Assembly (NCBI GenBank): GCA_003971905.1
Contig: RSEE01000136.1
Location: 124,001-157,775 of the forward strand
DNA length: 33,775 bases
Source: Moniliella sp. 'wahieum'
Taxonomy: Eukaryota
Direction: 5' to 3'
In this document: positions 13,151 through 24,884 of the stretch, piece after piece
Position numbering within the stretch: the first letter of the stretch is position 1
Layout of the letters: each line of letters begins with the position of its first letter
The notes under the pieces: model-generated
Seen by the model: the letters and a program-made list of their open reading frames with translations, nothing else
Database searches by the model: none
Told to the model about the DNA's origin: nothing
Translations under genes and position numbers: made by a program

Positions 13151-13222
13151 CCTGATGTTGAGCCTGGTGTTGAGCCTGATGTTGAGCCTGGTGTTGAGCC
13201 TGGTGTTGAGCCTGGTGTTGAG
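13151..13222. repeat. 12-bp minisatellite (CCTGRTGTTGAG)x6 just 3' of the phosphatase gene
   Basis: Six consecutive units, cctgatgttgag or cctggtgttgag. Confidence 0.95.
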
Positions 13223-15965
13223 ATCCCTTCCTTTTCATCCCTTTCCTTTCGCCTTTCGGTCTTTCCGTCCTTCCTCCATTCTCTAATCCATCTTGAGCAT
13301 ATGCCCCACGTGACACGGGACACAGGACAAAGGTACCCCCTACCCGTGCCAGGCATAGCGCTCCTCCGTTCCCGTAGTCCTAGTGCTTTGCTTTCCCTGT
13401 TCTCTACCTCCTTACCGGTTACCTCCCTCCTGCGTTCACTCGTTCCTGTACGTCTTCTCTTGCACTGGTGCCGTGTGGCATGTGGAACGAGAGAGTGGAG
13501 GTCGTGAGTAAGGCTGAGTACTAAGTACTGAGCGCATTGAGTCCCGAGAGTATAACTGAGTTTCAGTACCTGAGGACGAGGTGTGCCTCGAATGCCTACA
13601 GTAGACTCTTCCGTATCAATTTCCTGGTTGGGGTCGCTGCTTGCTACTCAGAGGTGCTCAGGACTCCGTGTTTACTCTGAGTTGACCAAGTTGAGCACCT
13701 TGGGTTCAGTAGTAGAAGCGTTGAAGCTTGAAGAGCTTGAAGGAGCCGCTCCGGTCAAGCGAGGTTCTTCCCAAGGTATCAGGTAGCTGGTAACTGGGAA
13801 CGGTAACCGGTACCGATGCTTGCGGGGATGATGTCATGCGAGGGGAGTAGCTAGTAGGGAAGAGCAGGATGGGTGATTCTGCAGTTAGAGGGTGGTTACT
13901 ATTATGGTTTTAGAGACTTGTGACAATGTGTGCTGTGACATGTGACGTGTGACAGAGTGGGTGCCCAAAGTCCCAGATGGCCACGCACGGGGCGGCACAA
14001 GCCCAGCAGCCCAGCGGTTGTGCCCTCGGTCGCGTGGGGGGGTTGTTGGAGGGGAGCTTGGAGTGGGTTTGAAATGCAATCAATCGCACACGAAGCACCA
14101 AGAGGGCAGTGCAGCGACAAACGACCAGCTACCCATCCCGAACCAGTGTACATGGACACGGACACCACACTAGCACCCAGGACTATACTCGCACTCGGTA
14201 CATTCGGTTGCTTCCATCCCAATCCCATGCACCATGTCCTTTCTCGATCGACGCGCTGCTCTCGGAGGCGCCACGCCATGCCCCCGGCGCCACGCTGCTC
14301 CGCTTGCCTAAACCGTAAACGGCTCAGCGTGCCCAGCGTCCAGCCGCCCAGCACTGCCCACCGTCGTTGGTCCAACGCGCCTAGTCACTAGACACTAGTC
14401 ACTATAGTCGCCCAGCGCCCACCTCCCAGTGCCCATCGCCCTTAGCAAAGCGCTCATCGATCATCATCGATCATCGCTCAGCGCTCATCCCAGACGGGCG
14501 GGAGAATTGCCAAGGCATAACCCCCACGGCTTCCCCCTTCCAAAGTGGCCAACCCTTGCTAACCGGGGGCTTCCTCTCTTGCCGAGTTTGGCTTGGTTCA
14601 GCGCTTACCTATAGAGTGCCAAGCCGCCTGCACCGCACTCGGCTGCACTGCCCGCTGCCCCCTCCAGCTCCGCTTCCACCCGGTCGATGCACCGCGTGTC
14701 CGCGAGCCCGAACGGGGCCCAAGGTAAGCTAGAGTAGTAGGAGTGATGGTGACACGTGAAAAAAAAAACAAGAACTCTGGCGTCAGTACGTCACCGTACC
14801 TCTCCGTAACTCCGTAGTACTCATTCCAGTACCCTCAGTCGGGGGTTCCCGCCATCTGTACGATAGCCTAGAGCGGATCGACGGCGGTCAGGGCCCAGGC
14901 CTGGCTCCGCCAGTCGTGGAGACTTCTCTAGAATGCTGAGCACGGCTGAGCCTCAGCCGCGCTCAACCCCGTGCCGGCCACGATGGATCATGGAGATGAT
15001 CCGCTACAAATCACGACGCCCCCCAGCTGGATGGCAGCCGAGGCGGCGGCCATCGTGTTGGTGAGTACAATGTGGTGCGCGAGCAGGCAGCATGTAAGAG
15101 AATCATACAAACCCACCGATCCCAACGCCTCCCTGCTCCGGCACTGGCCTGCGGCCTTACTCGTAACTGCTGGGGACCGGAGACCGGTGACTGGTGACTG
15201 GTGACGTGCGGGCTGTGGCCAGGTGCCCCACACGTGCTGCGTTCATTCATTCTGCACCTGATCGATGATCGATGATCGGTGGTTACGTTACGGATGGCTG
15301 ATCGTCATGCATCCCAGATCCACCTAGGAAACGGCGTTCGCCGATCGCTCGCTGGTGCGCTGCCCCCGCGCGCCGCCGCCTGGGACCACTGCCGCCACGC
15401 CGCGCCCGCCCCCGCCACTGGCCACTGCTCTGACGCCAGCCACGCGCCCGCCCGGCACACCGCCCTGGCGCCCGACGCGTGCGGCCGCTGTGCAACGTGC
15501 GCAGAACCTCCCAGCAGCCATGGCACTCAGCTCGAGCAGCCCACTGCGCCGGCGCCCCGCCCGCACCGCACACCGCAGCACACTGCACCACACCCGCCGT
15601 TGCTCCGAACGCACAGCAACGCTCCCGCACTGCCGCACACGCACACACACTGCATGCATCTGCAGTGCATCATGCATCACCCCTCAGGAGGCCAAGAGCG
15701 CAGCACACGCACCGCGCCAGTGTGCGCATACGCTACATGCTGGCTGCTTGGCGCCCGCCGCCTGCCTCCGCTCTCCGCCGCTCGCTTCTTGGACGCTCCT
15801 CCTCTCCTCTCCTCTCCTCTCCCCTCCGCCCCCTCCCACCGCCACCGCCTCGCCGTTGCGCCGCGCCCCTCCCGCCCCCACGCCCCTCCTCGCCCCCGCC
15901 GTCGCCCGTGTGGGGCACCCCGCGACGCTGTTCGAGTCCTGGCTGCGACGCTCGACGGTGCTCCG

Positions 15966-18900
15966 ATGAAGGCCTTCCGTCGCCTGCGCTCCGCCCGCGC
16001 CGAGCGCGACGCTGGGCAGCCACAACCCCAAACCCAAATCCAACCCCAACCGCCGGCCCCGCCGCTCCCTCGCCCCTCTTCACCCTGCCCCGCTCCCCCC
16101 CCCCCCTTGCCCGCCTCGTCCCCGCGTCGCTCGGCCTCGCGCGCAGCCCCGCCTTCGGCCTACCCCTTCCCGTCCAACACGCACCAGCAGCCGCCATCGC
16201 CGTCGGCTGCCAGGCATCGCCAGCAGCCGTCCACCTTCTCCCGCCTCTCCCGCTCCCCCACCCCCGACTTGCTGTCCGGCATGTCGCCAGCGCCGCCGCT
16301 GTCGCCGCCACGCCGTCTCACTCGGACCTGCTCAGTACCGCCGCCACCCCTCGGTCGTCACCCAGGCACGCCCCCATCGCCACCGCCTCCACCTCCGCCT
16401 CCGCCTCTGCCTCTGCCTCTGCCTCCGCCTCCTCCACCCTCAGCCGCGCGCGTGGCGTCTTTTCCCGCGCTGCCGCTCGCATCAAGCAGCAGCCAGGCGT
16501 ACCCCCTCCTCTTTCTGACAGCCGCGTGTCGCTCTCCATCGACGATCACAGCACCAGCTTCAGCCACGACGCCAGTACCAGCCTAAGCTACACACACCAT
16601 GGCCCCAATCTCAGTGGTGGCGACACGCATGCTCCTACCCCTGCGCCTACCCACATGTCACCCCCATTTCCTCCCAGGGTTATGGGACCCAGGTCAGTCC
16701 CTTGTCGACCCCGACCACTCCTTCCACGGGCCTCACCGCACCTGCCGTTGCCCAACCTGCCGCCGCTCAGTCCAGGTCCTCTCTCGCCCCGCCCCGCCTC
16801 CCTTGGCTGCACCGCGGTAGCTCGAGCAATGGCCACAGTTCCACCTCCCTTCTCTCTCTCTCCGACCCATTTTCCCACTCTACCGCTTCGGTCTCGGCTC
16901 CTCCTTCGCCAGCAGCTGACGACCCAATCTCCATCTCCTCCTCCTCTTGGTCCGAGTCACCCACGGCCGCCGCTCCTGCCCTTGGCCCTCCGACCCTGAG
17001 AGCACCATCCTCCACCGAGCCGCCTAAAAATCCCGTTGGCGTAGATTCCGTACCAGTTCCTTCAACTTGCTCAAGAAACACGAACGATTGCCTCTTGCGT
17101 CCCCTGTTGCACCTGAGGAACCCGAGGCACAACCCACCTGCCCAGCTCCTCAGTTTCCACCACCTATTCCCAGTCTCCCGTCGAGGGCGTCATGTTCGAC
17201 TTGCCTCGCCCGCTCCCATTGGCACGGCGCGCAGACACGCCCTCCTCGCCTCGAACCACATCGCCCACCCAGTCCTTCCATTCCTGCTCGGCAGATCAAC
17301 TGCCAATGGAAGATGACCAAGCCCACACACCACAGCAGGCACGCCAGCCACCTGCTTACCCCCGCTGTCTTTCGACATGGCTTCCGATCGTCCTACTTAC
17401 CTCTCCGTCGCAGCACCTTTGGATGGCTTGGATCTTACCCCCGGCCAAGTTGTCGATCGAAACGGCAAGGTGGTCGCAGCAGTGCGTAAAATTCTCCCCC
17501 TCCCCCCCCCCTCCCCCTACCCCCGCACGCGTACACGTACGCGTCGTACCCTACTCTTGGTCGCGCATGAGTGTTGGGAGTTGCCACTAACAGGTTTTCT
17601 CTCTTTTTTTAATTCTTGCCGGGTTAGCCTCCTGCCGCTCGGGAGAATTCATCTGTTCCGTCATCGCAACATGACGAACGCACGCCGCTTGGCTCTCTCT
17701 GCGCTCTCATCGACCCAGTAAAAGAGTCGGTCGACGCAAACGTCCATTCGGAGAACGTTTCGAAGCCCCGCTCACCTCGTTCCCCTCGCTCTTTGCCTTC
17801 CCCATCCCCGATTTCCTATCGGGTGCCCTCAATTTTGAGCCCGACCTTGCAGTGGATACGCCGGTTGTCACCTCCACTCATCTGCCACCCATCGACCCAC
17901 ATCTCGGTCAAGACCAAGCGGATCAAGTCCGGTGGCGAACCGATCCAGGGAAGGTTTGCAAAGCACCACCACCAAAGATGCCCTTCCATGGGGACAACAT
18001 GCTGCACTGGACTCTATAGCGCCCCCTTCTCCTAGGTCGTCCTCTCCTCCCTCAACGAGACCCGCATCCGTCGTGGCGCCAGTCGCCGTTCGTCCGGCCG
18101 CGTCGGCTCGTGCTGCCAAGCCAGGTTTGACGTCAACCCAATCCGAACCAAGTGGCTTGCTTCTCGCTCCCAATCGGATGGCTCGCTCCCGTCCCCCATC
18201 CAGGATTCCCTGTCGCCCACCGGGCGGCGATCCTCGGGAGCAGCGCCTCCCCGTGCTAGTTCCCCTGGATTCAAGAACCAACGGCGCTCTTCCGGGTTCG
18301 CTTCTGGAGCATTTAAGCGGGCCAGGTCCCCAGGTCCAGTTGCTGACTGGACCATGAACGAGGGGCCAGCCCGGCGCCTCTCAGTCAATCTAGGCCCCCT
18401 GATGTACTCAGTCTCCTCGACTCGGGGGCCAAACGGGCACTTTATAACTGTACACTGTTCAAAGTACAGCCTCGGGTGGCCGTGGCGCTTCGGGACGCAA
18501 TGCTCGCCGCAGAGACCCTGCTGTGGCTACGAGCCGCGGTAGCATGGTCGCACTTGAATCCAGTGGTTCATCAGGCACGCCAAACCACCCAACCTTGGCC
18601 CGCAGTGTCATGGCTGCCGTTGTCTCTCCCAACGGTGGCCTGAGCAGCCACATGCGTGCTTTGATGATGACGGCCACCTCTGCTGTAGACAAGGGTCTGG
18701 TTATCGAACTTCCGTTCCCACGCAGCATGAGCTTGACCTCCAAGGCATCGGTACACGAAAGTGCGTATGCGCCTCTCGAAACCTGCGCGCCGCTCTGGGT
18801 CGCTCCATCATCCTAGGCCGCCTTTTCACCACCAACCCCATCACTGGCACTGGCATCCCGCTGCCGCGCCACCAGGCTCAGAGATTGCCTCGCTTCAGAT

Positions 18901-21366
18901 CCGGTATGGCCGCGACCTCGTTCCTCCGCTGTCGTTCACCTTGCTGCCAAATCGGCTCCGGGCGCTCGGCCGAAGCGTTGGCTTCCCTGCTATGGTCGCG
19001 GTTGATTCCCAAGGGCCAGCAGGGCCGGCGCATGGCTTGGCTCGTTGGGTGGCCCGGCCTTCGTTTGCGGAACGGTGTCAAGTGTGGACCTCCTCTTCCG
19101 ACGGAAGGGATGCCGCGCCGCATGCCATCATGACTGCACCCACTCACTCGCACATGCACACTACCGTACCCGTACCCTCACCCACAACCGCTTCGCTTTA
19201 GCCCGCGGATCAATGCACTGGTTGCACCCCTCGGCCCGACTGGCCACGAGGGCACCCCCTTCGGCGGGTCCGGCTCAGCCGGGGCGCCAACGTAGAAGTT
19301 CAACGGTCATGCCCGGCCGTGCACTTTCCACCACGCCCACTCCGTCCGACTCGCCCTTCCGCCGTCGCCGGATCAGCCAAGCTGCCCCCCATCGAGCAAC
19401 CGCATGTTTAGTGCCGACCGACGTGACAAGCGTGCCTCGTCCGCCTCTCTCCTTTCCAGTGTCGCAGCGGGCAGTGGTCCTCATTCGCATCGTGATGCCG
19501 ACTCGCCGAACCCTAGCCCTAGGGCCACCCCGGCCCCGGCCTCCAATCGCCTTTCCACCCTCTCCATGGCCAGTGTGGGTCAAGTGCGTCTCTAGGCGCT
19601 CGACGCTCGGCTCCTTGGGTGGCACCACGCACCACGTCCGCCTTCGATGGGGAAGAGAGGATCGCGGCAGACGGAGAAAGTAAACGCCTTTCGACTTATT
19701 CCATCGCAGGCTCTTCTACTTCCTTTGCTGCCCCTCTTCCCTCGGCGCGTCGTTGGGTCAGATGCCAACCCATCTCGGCCCACCACGAAGTCCCTCGCCA
19801 TCACGGGGAAGCAAAGCGATTCGGACACTGGGGTACGACCTACCGTGCCCCGGTCTACCTCGGCGCCCATGGGACCAATGGACCAACGGCGCCAGTCGCT
19901 CAGATGAGCCAAAGTTCCTCCCAGGAAGTCATACGCAGTCCATTGGTAGAACCGCGCGAGTCCGAGGACTCGGAGGAAGAACGCCCGCTCTCCCAACTTT
20001 GGTCACGACGCAACAGCAGCCAAACTCCAATTTCCCGCCCGATCTCCCTCGTCTCTTCCCAGGGCCGTGTCTCGCCCGGCCCGGTTCGCTCTCGCGCCCC
20101 AGCAGCCTCCCGGCCCCCATCTTCCTTCCAGCGCACTGGTGGCAGTGTTGATGTCCGCACCGAACGACGGTTCCAGCAACCTCCACGAACTGGCAGTGCC
20201 CTAGCTGGCCCGACGCTGCGCTCAGTTTCGCCTGCCCCCATCGACCTCTTAGTCTTAAAGATGTCCGATCAACTACTGGCCTGACCGGTGAGGCGAGGCA
20301 ACGCAGTGCTTCTCAAACCCGCGAATCGGCCTTGCAAGAAGCTCACAAGGCTATGCTCAAACAAAATCGCGATCGGCGACGGACCAGTCGAGGACCTCAA
20401 GCTTTGTTGGATCCAACTTATGGCGCAGGTCATGCTGGTGCCCGCGCACCAGCTCAGACTTTGCTGGCTCCCATGCCCGAGCTCAGGGTCCTACCGCTCC
20501 CAGTTCGGCTTCGGCTTCGGCTTCGGCTTCGGCTTCGACTTCGGCTCTGGGTTCTCGTCTGCCCTCCTCTGACCGCGTCCCACTTCCGCCCGAGTCGTTC
20601 CCTCCTGGCACGGAATCGCGCACCTCGGGCTCGGGGTCCGGAACCAGTGGCGAGACCAGCCCGCCTCAGCCAGCAACGCCTTCGGATAATGGGGTACCTG
20701 TGCCCGGTGTGGGCCCGGACCCGGACCGGTCCGACCAGCGTCGCTGGTACTCCTATGCCGCTTCCAACGTACCTTCTTCCCGAACCAAACGACCTTCGTC
20801 TCGCTTAAGTGGCATGGCCATCTCGACCGGTCGACGTTCGCCCGGCCCTAACCATGCTCCGTTGGTCGACTTGAGTCGCGATGCTGGTTTGGTCCGTGTC
20901 GCACCGCGTTCCGTGGTGGATGACGATGGTCGGGAAGGTAGGTCGGTGGGCGGACGAAGGGCCGGAGGAACGGACCGAACGCGTAGGTCGGCAAGTCGGA
21001 CCAGTATGGCCTCAGCCCCGGGCGGTATGATGAGCCATTCTTCCTCCGTCGCACGGGATAGTTGGAACATGTCGCCCATGGGATACGGAATGGGTATGGT
21101 ATGGGTATGGGCATGGGTATGGGCATGGGCATGGGTATGGGGTCGATGCAACAGACCCAAATCCATCAGCAGATGGCCCTGCAGCAACAGCAAATCGCAG
21201 ATGCAGATGCAAATGCAAATGCAAATGCAGATGCAACAGCAGATGAACATGCACCACCCTTCCATGGGCATGGTACCCCCTCCCACCATGCCTTCCGGGA
21301 TGGGAATGCCGCCCATGTACGGGCACGCTGCTTCGTCCCACCACGCGCACGCACGAACGGAGATGA
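15966..21366 (+). CDS. Large Pro/Ser-rich, probably intrinsically disordered hypothetical protein with C-terminal (GM)n/(QM)n tracts; many frameshifts
   Basis: ATG 15966 (MKAFRRLRSARAER), followed by a chain of overlapping + strand ORFs of consistent composition. One clear intron at 17482-17627 (GTGCGT..CACTAAC..TAG). Protein-like islands include GLARWVARPSFAERCQVW, EDSEEERPLSQLW and QEAHKAMLKQNRDRRR. The stop position is a best guess; no domain recognised. Confidence 0.65.
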
Positions 21367-21519
21367 ACAGGGGAAAACTGAACGAGGAAAACGCGAACAT
21401 TCACCTAAATGGCCTGTCTGTAAGGCCTGGCCCGTGTTGGTTCGCCCTGATTCGCGTGTTGGCGTGGTCGGGATGCGGTGGTCTGGACTTTTGGACTTTT
21501 CTTTGTACCAATAGCATCC

Positions 21520-21718
21520 CCCTTTGTTTTCTCTCCTCTCCTCTCCTTCTCCCCTCTTTCCATTTTCCTACCTTTCCCTACGTTTCCCTACTTCCCCCTA
21601 CTTCCCGTTTCCCTCGTCCCTCTTCCCCTTTCCCCTTTCCCTTTCCCCTTTCCCCGTTCTTCTCGTCCCTCTTCCTTCACTCGTCTTCATCCGCCTCCTC
21701 CTGCCTTTCCTTTTGTCT
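21520..21718. repeat. Polypyrimidine (C/T) low-complexity tract, likely 3' UTR
   Basis: About 200 nt almost entirely C/T, including (ttcccct)-like runs. Confidence 0.8.
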
Positions 21719-22713
21719 GATGTCACTTCCTGCATTGTTACACTTCGTTTTGTTCGCTTAGCTTTTGATTGGTAACCCTCCTCGCCGGTGTGACCCTTGT
21801 CGCTACAGTTTTATCTTCCCCCACCAGCCTTGTGCCTCCGTGCAGTAACCTCACTCAGTGAACTGCAATTATGGCGGTCCAACAAACACCACTCATTTTT
21901 GCCCCCCCCCTCCCCCCCCTCCCCCTGTGCCCAGTACCCAACAGTGCCCACTCTTAGTTCCGAATGTCACCCTTCCACCTGCTTAGGCGAGAGAGGGAGC
22001 TTCCTCCCGGTACATGGCTACCTACGTCCTCTTCACACGTTTCCATCAGTGCACGCAGTAGACATCTTCCATCAATGACTTGAAGGTTGTCTGTTGGTAG
22101 ATGCATCGCGTTCAAACGCGTTGACTTGTTGAGTGCTACCACATCGCTTTTGCCAGCTGTCACTTTTTGCCTCGCTCCCATGACCGGTGACCGGTAACCT
22201 GATGACTTTTCACACCCACACCTTTGAACGCTCCCGCCATTCATTAACAGCCGTATACTGGTTGTTGGCACGATGGATGATGGATGATGGATGAAATGGG
22301 AACTGTCAACCTCAGACACTCAAGGACCTTTATTCCTGTTTGACTCTTCCCCTTCTCCCCGTTTCGCTGCGGCTTTCCTTTTTTCCCCTTTAACGTGTGC
22401 CAACTTCCCTCTTCGTCCTCTCCCCGCACCTGGCTTGGTACCGTCTGTAACACCAGCGGTACCAGCCTCATCAACAGCCCTGGGCTACGCGGAAACGTGG
22501 TCCCAACGTTCTCCCGTGGTGTATTATACACGTCTTCCAGCAGCGGTCAGGTCAGCTGCATGGGAGATAATGGCCTCTCGACAATAACCTCACAGTCATA
22601 ATGTGACTCTCAATGACACCCGTCGTGCCCTTCCCGTGTCCTCCCAGTTCCGGTTACATTCCTTTGGCTTATTCGCCCCGCTCCTTCCAGTGGAGCTACT
22701 TATCAGTGTCCTC

Positions 22714-22800
22714 GGTTCCCTCAGTTCCCTTGAGTTCCCTGAACTTTTGGAGTTCCCTGAAGAGTGTTTTGAGTTCCTTGAGTTCCCTGAGTTCCCTGAG
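22714..22800. repeat. Degenerate 9-bp tandem repeat (GAGTTCCCT)
   Basis: About seven gagttccct or near-identical units with two short interruptions. Confidence 0.85.
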
Positions 22801-23644
22801 GTTTCTGGGACCCGCCCTCCCACGAGCCGTCGCCTTCCCTGTGCCGCCTTACTCTGGCGGATGTAGCGCGACGCATCAACCAGATGCATAATTGATCTCC
22901 CTCTTCCAGTACCTGTGGAACCTGGGCTCCCGCAGGTTAGGGGTGGTGTCCGTCACATTGTGGTTCGCTACACTGCGCAACAGGCTCTTGGGATACATTC
23001 AAGTAGTACTCTCATGCGTTGTGGTTCTTATGGTGTTTTTTTTGGTTTTCTTTATCCCTCCCTGTTTCCAAAAAAGTCATCGATGAGCCTCAGTTGCGTC
23101 CAGATCTCGGAACTCTTCATCCCATGAAACGTCCCACACTCATAACCCCCCAAAGCCTCACTCAATCTCAACGGGATTGCTCCCTGCGGTTCCAGTCCTA
23201 CCTCCTTTGGGGTTCAGAAGAAAACCAGAAGGAAACCATATGGTGTGCTAATGCTTTTGTCGGGGGGCGTGTGCATATTTACCGCGGGCACAGCGTTACA
23301 GCGTTAGTACGGTTGCAGGTTACCGGTTCCCAAAGATGTGGTGACACTGGCATGTCTGCAGTGAGCGGTCGGTGAGACCTGAGAGAATGATTCATGAGCA
23401 GACCTGTTGAGGAACTTGGTTCGACCAGGAGGCGGTCTCATGTTTCGTGATCGGTGGCAATTCACATGAAGATATGTGTAAATACCGAGGGACCTCATAT
23501 ATATATATCCTCTTGTGGGTAGGTGTCCCAACCTTCAAATGCACAGCTCGTGGCATGCTGGATGTCTCGAGATCTTTTTATTCTTGAAGGTCTACTTGCC
23601 GGTTGCTGGCCTCTCGTTGGTCCATACGTCCAATACGAGAGCTG

Positions 23645-24379
23645 AACAAATCGTCGCCTCTTGTCCAGTAAATTGGTGGACGCCGCATGGCCACCCAATT
23701 GTCAGTATTTTCTTTTGCGACGATAGTCCGCCCCGTGCCTGTTTACTTGACCTTTCTACGTTGCCCGTGCGACAACCGTCCTCCCTGTTCTCCTGTTCCC
23801 CGTTCGTCCTATTGCGTTAAATTGTTCCCCTTTTCGTCCCTGTGTCTGTTAACCATGGTTTTAGGCTTCCCGCCCATGGTCATTAATGTCTCCCCCACTC
23901 TCCTCGCCAATTGATCAACCCAGTACAGGAGCTCCTCTTAGTTGATCTTCAGCTCCCGTCTTCAGCTCTCCGTCTATATCAGATAACCCAGTTAGCGTGT
24001 GCCCTTTACCCAGGTTCCCCGCCGAAACCTAGCTGAGTTCAGCCGCGTGTGATCCGGCGTCCAGCGACACCTCCCCAGTCCCAGCCCAGCTCCAGCCCGG
24101 CAGTGTTGCTGCTCCTCGCTGCCACTCTCCCTCTGAGCGCGAAGAAGTCAGATACGCTACTGCCTCCTAAGCCGGTGCTACGTAACGTAGTCTTTCCACA
24201 CTTGCAGCCGCCTCTGCACGCGCGGTGAGGCCTGTCCTTGTCCTTATATGGGCCGGCGCGGATCCACCACCATCAGCCCAACTAAGCGCGTAACTACCGT
24301 GAGTCGACCCTTGGATGTCCAAAAGGTATTGTACTCTTAAACCCAGCGGCCGAGCCCCTGGTGATGCCTTCCCATAATG
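23645..24379. mobile_element. Degenerate, left-truncated copy of the LTR found at 29412-30511
   Basis: Collinear shared blocks in the same orientation: tcctcgccaattgat, agccgcgtgtgatc, acgctactgcc..aagccggtgctacg, ccacacttgcagccgcctctgc, aagcgcgtaacta.cgtgagtcg and attgtac.c.ttaaaccc; eroded end cccataatg versus cccatgaca. Left boundary is approximate. Confidence 0.8.
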
Positions 24380-24641
24380 GCCCACTTCAATCCGCAATCA
24401 GCACCCGCCCTGCCCTTAGTCCTAATCTGAGGTTCTCACTGTCCAGTAGATCCGGCTTCTGCGCTCGCATTATTCTATCTTCTTCTCCATTCCTCACCGG
24501 CGAATCTTTGCTCATTTTCAGGTCTCTCGATTACCCCAGCACCTAGAAGTACATTCCGTCGGTGGTATAAGAACGCAGTTGTGCAATAGACAGTGGTTTG
24601 AACCATTTATTGCATGGGAGAGGGGATGAGTATGTGAATGT

Positions 24642-24884
24642 TCATCTCATTTTGTACTCCGCTATGCTATCCATATAAGGCCTCCAGCAAATCTTTTCAC
24701 ACGTGCATGGCATGGATAAGACCAACGTGGCATTAAATGGTAACGATCCGGTTCCCCAGCGATGTCTCCTAAATGTAGTTTTATCCAGTGGTGAAGAGAA
24801 AGCAGGAGCTGAGTTGAACCCGACTGAGAGGCAGAGAAGAAGAAGAAGAAGTGGCACAGGGCCAGAGGATAGGGATACTGGCAT
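24642..24884 (-). CDS. Candidate small secreted protein (80 aa as read)
   Basis: CACCATGC start context; MPVSLSSGPVPLLLLLLCLSVGFNSAPAFS-SPLDK resembles a signal peptide with A-x-S/SPL cleavage; Cys cluster (CTCEKIC); AATAAA shortly downstream on the - strand. No homology recognised. Confidence 0.35.
   Translation of the reverse strand: MPVSLSSGPVPLLLLLLCLSVGFNSAPAFSSPLDKTTFRRHRWGTGSLPFNATLVLSMPCTCEKICWRPYMDSIAEYKMR

Noticed and set aside
15279..15965. Long ORFs upstream of the Pro-rich gene (435 and 506 aa entries)
   Set aside because: Open frames are expected in very GC-rich, stop-poor DNA. The segment ends in a CT-rich leader typical of 5' UTRs before the ATG at 15966.
20700..21775. Hydrophobic repeats (WVWAWV, CICICI) and an F/P/L/S-rich tail suggesting membrane proteins
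   Set aside because: These are off-frame or antisense translations of the GM/QM hexamer arrays and of the polypyrimidine tract.
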